The translations under genes were made by a program, and so were the position numbers. Shown one piece after another: positions 10,824-21,483 of a stretch of 22,925 nt of DNA. The notes beneath the pieces were generated by a model. The model did no database searches, was not told where the DNA came from, and was given only the letters and a program-made list of their open reading frames with translations. The stretch is from Chiloscyllium plagiosum (taxonomy: Eukaryota): NCBI RefSeq assembly GCF_004010195.1, contig NC_057718.1, forward strand, positions 17,934,102-17,957,026, in the 5' to 3' direction. Position 1 is the first letter of the stretch. Every line of letters starts with the position of its first letter.

Positions 10824-11925
10824 GTTGACCTTATGCCAATAATTCCTCTCCATTACTTTATTAAAATGTCTTTCAAACTAAAACCGAAAATGCGGGAGGA
10901 AGTCAATATGCTAGTTGGTGTTAGTGTTAACTCAGTGGGAGGAAGGATCACATGTGGGGAGCATGGCAAGTGAACCTGTGTCAGGTTGTTTATGGGCCCT
11001 TGGTAGATACCCCTTATTCAAAAGTGCTTGTTGTTCAATAGAGAGACCAGGTATCAGGAATTGGTGTGCACATAGAGCCACCCCTTTCCCTTTGATAACG
11101 ACACTGAGACTCCTACCCTGCAACCACCCCTATCCCACCATTTGTGAGATTCAGCAATAACCCAGCCACCCTGGATTCAGTACAGCTGCTGGCATGTCAT
11201 AGGTTGGCAGGGACACTGATCAATGCATCTTTTTTTTTAAAAGAAGACTATCTTGGTTAGCAGACAAGGCCCACGTTGTTTCTTTGAAATACTGCCTAAC
11301 GTATGTCAATTTTATCACCTAGTCTTTTGTGATGAAGAGCTCTTTGAATGTCTGTGTTCACAACATCCATTGCATTTGCTTTATCAAAATTAGTCTGTTT
11401 TATTTCTTCCAAGATTTTAAAAAAATCTTTGTAATTTACAGATTTAGTAAGCTAAAAATTCCAGGAAGGACAGAAGTATTTATTTTTTTGGTCCGGTAGT
11501 CCAAGATTGAATGGTCAATCAAGCCAGTTCAAAGACAGAGTTGTACTTTTGGTGCCTAGAATTGCTTAGTGACTCACATTTTGTATCTCATCCAGGTCTT
11601 TAGTGCACATGATTGGTATTTCAACCATTCTTAATCTGATCAGTCATTGGACCAAACTTCCTGGCTTATCTGTGGATCAGTAGGACTGCCTGTAAGTGGC
11701 TGACAGCCAGGTTTGGCTCGTATCCTGTACTCTAACAAATGTAAACTGCTTCTGTCTTAATCTTTATAATAATACATATATTTACAAGTCATTGTGATGA
11801 AGTTGTAACTTTTGCATAAGTTTTGACTTACCGATCACCGGTGACTTACCACATCACCTATTTTAGGAAGATTAAGTGCCTACTCTAGCCAAAGTTGATG
11901 CAAAGTCAACTATTTAATTGGTTGG

Positions 11926-12103
11926 AGGAGAAAGTGAGGACTGCAGATGCTGGAGATCAGAGCTGAAAATGTGTTGCTGGAAAAGCGCAGCAGGTCAGGC
12001 AGCATCCAAGGAGCAGGAGAATCGACGCTTCGGGCATGAGCCCTTCTCCTGCTCCTTGGATGCTGCCTGACCTGCGTTTTTCCAGCAACACAATTTTCAG
12101 CTC
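11926..12103 (-). mobile_element. Penelope family A fold-back insertion
   Basis: Long arm 11926-12046, inverted short arm 12044-12103; TSD TATTTAA(T/C)TGGTTGG (11911-11925, 12106-12120). Confidence 0.87.
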
Positions 12104-12229
12104 AGTATTTAACTGGTTGGTTTGGAGTCTTAACATTTTCAAAAATAGGTGCTTTTTGTGATTAGAACAGAAAGGAAACCAGAAAACCTCAGCACGGGGG
12201 TATAATTTGTGGAGATGAACAGTGTGAAT

Positions 12230-14085
12230 GTGTCAGGTTGACATCTTTGTCAGCCCAATGTTTCAGCCTGTACCTGCCCCAATAAGTTTATTTCCTCGAG
12301 ATCAACTTCATTCTTTCTCCCTTGTACTGTCCCTTACATCATCGACTCTTTCGATGCCTTCAGTCACTTCAGCAATTTACAGTTTGTTGGCTTCAGCCAC
12401 TGCCTCTTTGCTAGGATGTCCAATTGCTCTGCACCTCCATCCCTTAGTTGGAGAGGCTCGGACACTCCACTTCTTCCTTGAACAGAATTCCAATCAATCC
12501 CCATCCACTGTCTCCTCCTGCCTGAGCTTGTTTTCACTCGAGCAGTTTTTCATTCCTCCAAATAAGTTGTTGCTATGGTTACCCATGTGGTTGTGCCTAC
12601 CTTTTTTGGAGTATAAATAGAACACCCATTCCAGTCCTCTTTTGGAAGACCCCACCTTCTCTTTATCCAGTGCATTGTTGACAGTAATTACCATATTGGT
12701 GCCTTCTTCTCAGGCCTTAAACTGGAAATTTTCATTAACTTTGTTTCCAATTTTCACACTTTCCTCTTCTTTTACCAGGCTTGCCTTTCACTCTTCTGCT
12801 CCCTACCTTTACTTCTCTGTATTTAATATTTTTGGCGATTAACATTGAACATAGTGCAAACCCACAGTCTCTCCTAACTACATAGATGGCACTATCTCAC
12901 GTCTTGCTTCTGGTGAAGACTCCATTCCATTTTCCCAGTTTCTCCATGCCTGTTGTATCTGTTTTGATGATGCTGCCTTTCACATCGACTGGGCCTTCCA
13001 GCCTGCCCAAACTATTTCATGCGCCTCTGCTCCCTTCCCTTCCCCCTCCCTCTCGGAACCATGATGGGGTTGATCTTGTCCTCACCTTTGTGCCACCACC
13101 ATTTGTATTCAACACATCACCTTCTTACGTTTCTGCCAATGTCACCATCAAAAACATTGTCCTTGTTCCTTCCTTTCAGCATTCTCTAGGAGGCGTCCCC
13201 TCTGACCCTACCTGCCTAGATTATTATAATACTGCTTTTCTTCCCTTTGACCCCTTACCATGCAAGTATAGATGATGTATCACTGTCCTTTCACCTTTGC
13301 CTTTATTATTGTCCAAGATCCCAAACATGTTTTGCAAGTGAAGTAACAATTTCTCGTACTTCTTTAAATTTTGTATCTTGAATTCATTACTCACCATGTG
13401 GCCTCTTTTATGCTGGGGACCCAGTACCCAGATTGGGTAATCTTTTTGCTGAATGCGTTCATTCAATTTACAAGTATGACCTCCAGCTTTTGGTTGCTTC
13501 TCATTTTAATTCTCCAGCTTACTCCCATGTTATCCTTTCTGTCAATGGTCTGCTATGTGTTCCAGTGGTGCAAACTCAGGAAACAACACATTACCTTTGG
13601 CACAGCACTCTACAGCCTTGTGAACTCTACATTACATTAAGTTTAGCAACATTAGGTCATAAAATCTGCCACCATCCGATTGTAAATGTTTTGTTTTTTT
13701 GTGTTGACCCGGTGATTTTATTTTCGTTATCTCTATTTCTTTATGTTGCATTCCAGTGTTTCTCACGCAGCAACTCACCTTATTTGAACACAACCTTTGT
13801 TTCTTCATGATATCATTACCACTGTTTTAGCTGTTACTTCATGAAATCTTTTGCTATTTCATTCCCCTGGCCTCCGTGTCACAGTCTCCTTATGTTTTTG
13901 TTTCTGTCTCTCACCTGATTCTCATAATTCAATCCCTATTTTTCTTCAAGTCCGATTTAAGGGTATCAGCTGAACTATTAACTTTGTTTCTTTCCACAGA
14001 TGCTGTCTGACCTGTGAGTTTTTCCAGCCAATTCTCTTTTTATTTTAGTTGTTCTTTAAGATTTCCAGCAAACACAATGTTTTGC
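12230..14085 (+). mobile_element. Decayed Penelope-like retroelement: RT, Cys linker, GIY-YIG endonuclease, 3' terminal repeat
   Basis: Frameshifted remnants in the expected order: LHFFLEQNSNQSPST; VAM.TH; DSIPFSQFL..ICFDDAAFH; NHD.V.LVLTF; CGL.YAG; LGNLFAECVHSI..VASHFNSP..TLQP; terminal repeat ccacagatgctgtctgacctg near 13993. Confidence 0.85.
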
Positions 14086-14099
14086 AAAAACATTGCCAA

Positions 14100-14291
14100 A
14101 AGCTGGAGCATTAAAATGAGAAGCGACCAGAAGCGAGAGGTCATACTTGTAAATTGAATGAATGCGTTCAGGAAAAGGATTACCCAGTCTGGGTACTGGG
14201 TCCCCAGTATAACGGAGACCACATTGTGAATAATGAATTTAAGATACCAAATTTAAAGAAGTATGAGAAAATTGTAACTTCACTTGCAAAA
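14100..14291 (-). repeat. Inverted duplicate of 13330-13520 (GIY-YIG segment)
   Basis: Reverse complement aligns end to end with scattered mismatches; the ORF track shows the same peptide LGTQYPDWV..LNAFIQFTSMTS on both strands. Confidence 0.92.
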
Positions 14292-14599
14292 AAAATGTAC
14301 TCAGTAATTTGGCTGTTGTTAAGCTCCCAACATCTTGAGGCAAAGCTGGATGCTCATGGAGCTTTGGGAATGGACACTTCGCTCTGGCACCTCCAAGAAA
14401 TAAGCACTGAAATAAACTTAAGTAAAAGAAAAGTAATGTAAAAGAAAAGATTTTATGATGACACAACTTTTGGTGTTTGCTGGTTTAAATGGATTATTGA
14501 TGACATCAAATTTTGGAGATTACACATGGAGAGATTAACATGAGAATCCAGAGGTAGCTGTCAGTGATTGTACACTTCTCCAAAGGGTGAATTTATGAA

Positions 14600-17240
14600 A
14601 TTCTAGATGGTAATGGTCGTGGGTTTAGTAGGTGTTTCCTAAGAAGATTCGGTGACTTAGTGTGGTGCATCTTGTAGATGGCACTCAATGCTGTTACTAA
14701 ACTCTGATGGAGAGAGTGAATATTTGTGATAATCTAGTGGGCGTTTTTATCCTGGATGTTGTCAAGCTTCTTGTGGTGTTGTAGTTGCATTCATCTAGGC
14801 ACCTCTGACTTGTGCCTTGAAGATTGTGGGCAGGTTTTAGGGAGTTGGGAGTTGAGTTTCTCACTGCAGAATTCCTAGCCTCTGACCTGTTCTTAACATG
14901 ACAGTGTATACTAGGTGGCTAGTCTATTTCTGGTCAATTGTATGTTGCCAGGATGTTGATAATGAGTTCAGTGATGGTAATGGCATTGAATGTCAAGGGT
15001 CGATGGTTAGATTCTGACTTGTCATTCCTGGCACTTGTGTGGTGTGAATATCACTTGCCACTTGTCTGCCCAAGCCTGGATATTGAGGAGAAAGTGAGGT
15101 CTGCAGATGCTGGAGATCAGAGATGGAAATGTGTTGCTGGAAAAGCGCAGCAGGTCAGGCAGCATCTAGGGAACAGGAGAATCGACGTTTCGGGCATTAG
15201 CCCTTCAGGATATTGACCAAGTCTTGCTGCTTTTGGACAAGGACTTTTCAGTACCTGAGAAGTTGTGAATGGTGCTGAACATTTTACAATCATCAGCAAA
15301 CATCCCCACTTCTGATCTTACAGAGGCTGTGTCATTGATGAAGCTTCTGCAAACAGTTTGGCCTTGGACATTCCTCTGAGTAACCCCTGCAGTGATGACC
15401 CGAAACTGAGGTGACTCACCGCTAATGACCACAACCATCTTTCTAAGTGCCAGGTTTGACTCCAAGCAACTGAATCTTCTGATTTTCATTGCCTCCCATT
15501 TTGCCAGGGTTCCTTGATGCCACACTCAGTCGAAAGCAGCCTTGGTGTCAAGGGTAGTTGTTCTCCCCTCATCACCTGGAGTTCAGTACTGTCCATTTTT
15601 GAATTAAGGCTGTAATGAGTTTAGGAGCATAGTAGTCTTGGCAGAACCTAAAACTCCGTGTCAATGAGCAAGTTACTGCTAAGCAACTGCTGCTTGATAG
15701 TGTTGTTGATAATACATTCCCTGATAATCTAGTGTAGACTGATGGAGCAGAAATTGTCAGGGTTGAATTTGTCCTGATTTTGTGCACCAGACACATCTGG
15801 GCAATTTTTCAAAATGTCAGGTAGATGCTAGTGTCGGGAGCTATATTAGAACAGTTTAGTTAGGGGTGCAGCAAATTCTGGAGAACGCTCCTTCAGGACT
15901 ATTGCTCGTACGGTTTCAGGGCCCATATACTTTGTAGTATGCAGCACCTCAATTATATGGAGTGAATGAATTGGCTTGAAGATACATTGGCATCTAGGGT
16001 CCTCTGGAGGAGGTCAAAATCTATCGTTCACTTGCAAACAATCATTGGCCAAGAGTGCCTGGTGTCTCAGCTTTACTGTTTACACTGAGATGCTAGTCAC
16101 TTCCATCATTGAGGGTGGGGATGTTGTGTGGAGGTTCATCCTCCAGTGAGTTGTTTAATTGACAACTACCATTCCAAGTGGGTATGGCAGGACTGCAGAT
16201 CTGACCTGTTAGTTGTGGAATTATTTAGCTCCTCTATCACTAGCTGCTTATGCTGTTTGGTGTGCAAGTTGTCCTGCGTTGTAACTTCAAGTTGAGGCAT
16301 CAATTTTAGGTATGACTGGTGCTGCTTCTGGCATGCTCTCCTGCATTCCTCATTGAACCATAGTTGGTCCCCTAGCTTGATGGTTATGGCAGAGTGGCTG
16401 ATATGTCTTACCATGACGTAACATTACATATTGTATTGCAGCAGAGTTCTCTTGCTCCTTGTGGATGCCCAGTTTTGAGTTGTTCAAAGTCCATCCCAGA
16501 TAGCCCAGTAGTAGTGTCAGACAACATGATATAAGTTGTCCTCCATGTAAAAACAGGGCTTCATATCCACAAGGACAGTAGTAAAGCTTAATGATATTGA
16601 CATGGACAGATGCATTTGTGGCAGGCTGATGAGGACAAAGTCAAATGTGTTTTTCTTTTGCAGTTTTGTCCTTCAGGACTTGACACACTTGGTCATAGTG
16701 GTGCTGTTGAGCTACTCTTAGTGTTAAAGTGCCCTACCCAGAGTACATGCTGCACCCCTGACACAGTCAGTGCTTCCACCAACATGAGAACTGATTTATC
16801 AGTCAAGTGGATCTGGCGTGTGGTAATCAGGAAGTTTCCTTGTCCATACTTTCTCAAATGCTATGAGACTTCATGGGGTCCAGAGTTCAATGTTGCTGCC
16901 TCCCAGGCTAACTCCTTCCTGACGAGATACCTCTGCTGGAATTGTTCAGCCAGTGGGGCAGGATGTATCCACAAAAGATGATGCCATTGTCTGGGACTTA
17001 GTTATACTCACTAAATCATATCTTACAAACAATGTAAGACTGTAACTTGACTTGTCTATGAGCCAGCTCTTAATTTTGGAATTTGACCTCCTGTTAGTAC
17101 GGAGGACTCTGTACAGTTGACAGGGCTGAGTGTCATTGCTGTTCCAGGTACCTTAGTCAATGCCAGGTGTCTGTTTTTGGTTTCATTCTTTTTTGAGACT
17201 TTGTGGCTGATACTATTGTCTGGCTTGCCAAACCATTTCA
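14600..17240 (-). mobile_element. Decayed CR1-group (L2/Crack-like) LINE, APE + RT ORF, 3' end missing
   Basis: ITAGVTQ..FIND..EVGMFADDC (RT, about 15280-15440); WFNEECRRAC (tether, about 16330-16360); APE N-terminus-like PKL.ELAHR.VK.Q..I near 17030-17095. Confidence 0.85.
15087..15207 (-). mobile_element. Penelope family A terminal repeat + tail nested in the LINE RT region
   Basis: Near-identical to 22675-22797; 9-bp TSD GGATATTGA (15078-15086, 15208-15216). Confidence 0.88.
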
Positions 17241-17740
17241 GATGGTAGTTAAGAGTCAACCACACTGCTGTGGGCCTGGAGTCTTGTGTAGACCAAACCA
17301 GGTAAGAATAGAAGGTTTTATTCCATAAAGGATGTTAGTGAATTAGATGGAATCTTATGACAGTTACCAGAAAACCATTGTCATAGTCATAGAGATGTAC
17401 AGCAGAGAAATAGACCATTCAGTCCAACTTGTCCATGCCAACCAGATATCCTAATCTAATCTAGTCCAATTTGCCAGCACTCAGCCTAAATCCCTCTAAG
17501 CCCTTCCTATTCTTATACCCATCCATGTGACTTTTTAAATGCTGTAATAATACCAACCTTCACCACTCCCTCTGGCAGCCCATTTTGAACCCACTCAAGT
17601 TCATTAAACTTTTAATTCCAGGTCTTCATTGCATTCAAATCGCAGAAGTGTCATGTTGGGATTCTAACCCTGTCCCCAGAACATTTTCTGTGCCTCTGGA
17701 TTACTTGTCCAATGACAATGTCACTACTACATCACCTCCC
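17240..17740 (-). mobile_element. tRNA-derived SINE-like head and body (SacSINE/Deu-SINE-like), interrupted by a CR1 tail
   Basis: Minus strand starts GGGAGGTGATGTAGTAGTGA (A-box-like) with B-box-like GGTTAGAATCCC (17658-17669); body cttacctggtttggtctacacaagactccagg..gtgtggttgactcttaact at 17245-17306. Confidence 0.7.
17381..17585 (-). mobile_element. CR1 (HER1-type) LINE 3' end
   Basis: Reverse complement resembles 19880-20072; short CTATGA-type tail repeat. Confidence 0.85.
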
Positions 17741-17846
17741 CATTTTAATATGATATGGTAGTATCTTCTGTTTGAAGTCCTACAGATGTACAGCATGGAT
17801 GGTAATGAACCAGATGGAATTTTATGACCGTTACCACAAACCCATT

Positions 17847-18517
17847 GTCATAGAATCATAGAGATGTACAGCATGGAAGCAGACATTTCAGTCCAACTTG
17901 TCCATGCTCAGCAGGTATTCTAAATTAATCTAGTCCCATTTGCCAGCACTTGGCACATATCTCTCTCCATTCTTCCTATTCATAATGCATCCAGATGCCT
18001 TTTAAATGGTGTATTTGTACCAGCCTGCACCACTTCCTCTGGTAGCTCATACAAGCATCATAATCTGCTTGAAAAAGTTGCCCCTTAGTTTCTTTTTTTT
18101 TAATCTTTCCCCCCTCACCTTAAACCTATGCTCTCTAGTTCTGGAATCCCCCAACCCAGGGAAAAGATCTTGTATGGGCGGCACGGTGGCACAGTGGTTA
18201 GCACTGCTGCTTCACAGCACCAGAGACCCGGGTTCAATTCCCGCCTCAGGCGACTGACTGTGTGGAGTTTGCACGTTCTCCCCGTGTCTGCGTGGGTTTC
18301 CTCCGGGTGCTCGGGTTTCCTCCCACCATCCAAAGATGTGCAGGGTCAGGTGAATTGGCCATACTAAATTGCCCGTAGTGCTAGGTAAGGGGTAAATGTA
18401 GTGGTATGGGTGGGTTTCGCTTCGGCGGGTCGGGGTGGACTTATTGCGCCGAAGGGCCTGTTTCCACACTGTAATCTAATCTAATCTATATTTACCATAT
18501 CCATGCCCTCATGATTT
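17847..18517 (-). mobile_element. CR1 (HER1-type) LINE 3' end, interrupted by the HE1 SINE
   Basis: Reverse complement resembles 19715-20072; the host resumes after the SINE at tatttacc..tccatgccctcatgattt. Confidence 0.85.
18176..18488 (+). mobile_element. Full-length HE1-type V-SINE (tRNA head, V domain, CR1-derived tail)
   Basis: A box TGGCACAGTGG 18187-18197; B box GGTTCAATTCC 18231-18241; V-domain tgtgtggagtttgcacgttctccccgtgtctgcgtgggtttcctccgggtgctc; ccgaagggcctgtttcc tail and (TAATC)3. Confidence 0.93.
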
Positions 18518-19229
18518 GATGAAATCAATGTCATTTATATCCCTGGTGATTCTCTTAAATTGGTGCCAGATCTAAACAGCTGTTGGAAATATACTCTCTA
18601 GAGTTCACTGGACCTTTGTGGATGGCTTACTTTGAGATCAGTAGTAAGTGTAATTTTTGCCACAATATTCAGCACAATATCTACATCAAAATTCTGTTAT
18701 AGATTTATAACAGCAACCATAGTGCAGCAACAGTCAAAAGTCTGATAATATTATTGACTGCTTTAATACCTAAAAATCAAAGAAGCACAGAAAACAGCCA
18801 GGTTTGTCCCAAATTATTACTGGAAATGAATGCTCTGCAATTTGCAAGATGTTGCTGAGTACATTGCATTGAAATGCTGCCTTATCCATAGGACAAAGTA
18901 TAAAATGTAATTAATCAGCATATAGTATAAATTTTGTGAAAGTAGTAAAGTAATATAGTAAAAGTGCTGAAAAGAAATAATATGAATTGTTTTGTTCTTC
19001 TAATTTGTTTTATTTAAAAAAATATATAATTACTATGGTTGTAATAGATACACATGGATGAATGGAAGAAACTACTCTTTTTGAGAATGATCATTTCCAA
19101 TAAGGCTGGTAGTTTGTTGCTGGCAAAGGAGACTGCATCATGCAAATGAAATTTTTCATATAGGAATGTAGGTCATTTCTTCATTTTGAATCTACTCTGC
19201 AATTCAATAAGAGCATGGCTGATTTATTT

Positions 19230-21240
19230 TGTTTTAAATACCACTTTTCCCATCTATTACTTTGGATTCCCTCATTAAACAAGAATCCATCTACCATTAC
19301 CTTAATGGAGGCAGACATTAAATATTTTTGTGTTCTGATGCAGGGAATTTGAAAATCGCACAATGTGCCCCAAGAGAAAATCATTCTGAACTCCCCTAAA
19401 AGGATGACATTCCTTGAAAGTGGAGTCCCAGGTAGACAGAGTAGTGAAGGAGGAATTTGATATGCTTGCCCTTATTGGTCAGTGCATTGGGTATTGGAGT
19501 TGGGAAGTCATGTATAGGATGTTGGTTAGGCCACTTTTGGAATACTGCATGCAATTCTGGTCTCCCTGCTACAGGAAGGATGTTGTGAAACTTGAAAAGG
19601 TTCAGAAAAGACTTACAAGGATGTTGCCTTCATTGGAGTTTTGAGCTATTGGATGAGGCTGAATAGGTTGGAACTATCCTCCCTGGAGTGTTGGAGGCTG
19701 GGGGATGACCTTTATAGAGGTTTATAAAATCATGAGGGGCATGGACAGGGTGAATAGTCAAGGTCGTTTTCCTGAGGATAGGGGAGTTCAAAACTGGAGG
19801 GCATACGTTTAATGTGAAAGGGGAAAAATTTTAAAAGGGACCTGAGGGGCAACTTCTTCATGCAGAGAGTGGTGCATGTATGCAATGAACTGCCAGAGAA
19901 AGTGGTGGAGGCTGGTACAATTACAAGATTTAAAAGGCATCGGCATGGGCATGGTTTAGAGGGGACGGGTCAAATGCTGGCAAATGGGATTAGATTAATT
20001 TAGGATATCTGGTTGGCAAGGGCGAGTTGGACCGAAGGGTGTGTATCCATGCTGTACAGCTATATGACTCTATTACCTCATTTTTAAATGGTACCTCCAG
20101 GTTCTGTATTCACCCACAAATTGAAACAACCTTTCCACATCCACCTCATCAAGATCATCATACTTCAATCAAGTCACCCCTTGCTTTTCTAGACTCCGGT
20201 CCAAGAGCCCAGTCTGTCTCAGTGTATAGTCAACGTGATCCATTCACCTGCGTCAATCTAGTAAACCTCCTCTGAATCTTCGAGTGCACCTTAACAAAAC
20301 CAAAGTTTTGCACAGAATTGAAGATGTGGTCTCACTAATACCTATATAACTGAAGCATAAAATCTTTACTTTTCTGTTCAATTTCTGTTTTAATAAATGG
20401 TAGGATTCCACTAGCTGCCTTAATTATCTGCTGTACTGCATATAGACCTTTTGTGGCTCATACACTGTAACACCTAGATCCATCTGCACCTCTGAATTCT
20501 ACACTTGTTCTCTGATTTAAATAATACTTTTTCTTCCTGTCAAAGTGGTTAACTCACATTTCCCAGTTACACCCCTATCTGCCAGATTTTTTGCCATTTC
20601 AAACTATATCTGTCTGCATCCTCCTTATGTCTTTTTCACAAAACACTTCCCTAGCTATCAGTGTCACCTGTAAATTTAGCTATCATGCCTTTGCTCCCTT
20701 CATCAAAATCTTTGATATAAATTCTTAAAAATAAGCTGAGGCTCCAGTACAGGACGTTGTGATACTCCATTCGTCACATCCTATTGATCAGAACAAGACT
20801 ATTATACTCTGCTTTCTGTCAGTCAGCCCATCATCTATCCATATTAATATGTTACTCCCAACATCACAAATTTCTGCTTTGCACAATAACCTTTTATGTG
20901 GCACCTTGTAAAATGACTTCTGGAAATCTAAGTGCAGTATGTCTGCATGCTCCCCTTTATTCACTTTTATTCCTTCAAATAACATCAATCACCAAATTAA
21001 ACATGATTTATGTTTATTAAAGCCATGCTGATGCTTCCCAATTGTCTTGACTTACTAAATGCCCAAATGTGACCGCACGAACGATTTGATTCTAACACTT
21101 TCCCCATGATGCACACTCTGCCAACTGCTTTATAGTTTCCTGTTTACTGCCCCTCTTCCCTTGAATAGAGGGGTTATAATTTGCTACTTTCCAGTCTGGT
21201 GGAACCTTTCCAGAATCTAACAAAATTTTCAAAAGGTTTT
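19230..21240 (-). mobile_element. Older CR1 LINE (RT to 3' end), split by a younger CR1 at 19412-20072
   Basis: Minus-strand ADILHLDFQKSFYKVPHKRLLCK (CR1 RT motif, about 20880-20950); CR1-like sequence on both sides of the nested copy. Confidence 0.8.
19412..20072 (+). mobile_element. 5'-truncated CR1 (HER1-type) LINE
   Basis: YRMLVRPLLEYCMQFWSPCYRKDVVKLEKVQKRLTRMLP (CR1 ORF2 C-terminus), then a 3'UTR ending ggaccgaaggg..tccatgctgtac..atgactcta. Confidence 0.93.
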
Positions 21241-21296
21241 GTGTAGACCTGCACAATAAGCCAAGCTAAATACAGATACATAATCAAAATGCTGAA

Positions 21297-21443
21297 TGAT
21301 TTGGAGATGCCGGTGTTGGACTGGGGTGTACAAAGTTTAAAAAATCACAACACCAGGTTATAGTCCAACAGGTTTAATTGGAAGCACACTAGCTTTCGGA
21401 GCGACGCTCCTTCATCAGGTGATAGTGGAGGGCTCGATTGTAA
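21297..21443 (-). mobile_element. Penelope-like terminal repeat (family C)
   Basis: Carries a hammerhead motif followed by ATTAAA; CpGs retained; possible 5-bp repeat CTGAA (21292-21296, 21444-21448). Confidence 0.78.
21387..21421 (-). ncRNA. Minimal type I hammerhead ribozyme motif, intact
   Basis: Minus strand CAC-CTGATGA-A-GGAGC-GTC-GCTCC-GAAA-GC-TA-GTG: 3-bp stem I, 5-bp stem II, palindromic AGCT, CUA triplet. Confidence 0.8.
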
Positions 21444-21483
21444 CTGAAGGTAGTTAGATGACGTGTTTGTTTTTGTTTTGCAG

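Larger units (their letters stand above)
5628..21483 (+). other. Intron 1 of the SLC46-like gene (15,856 bp, GT-AG, phase 0)
   Basis: Joining gives ...LVLMK|ICEDLY..., a continuous TM1-loop1-TM2; no other credible exon seen in between. Confidence 0.82.

Noticed and set aside
18176..18250. tRNA gene
   Set aside because: The A/B boxes run into a V domain and CR1 tail; it is a SINE head.
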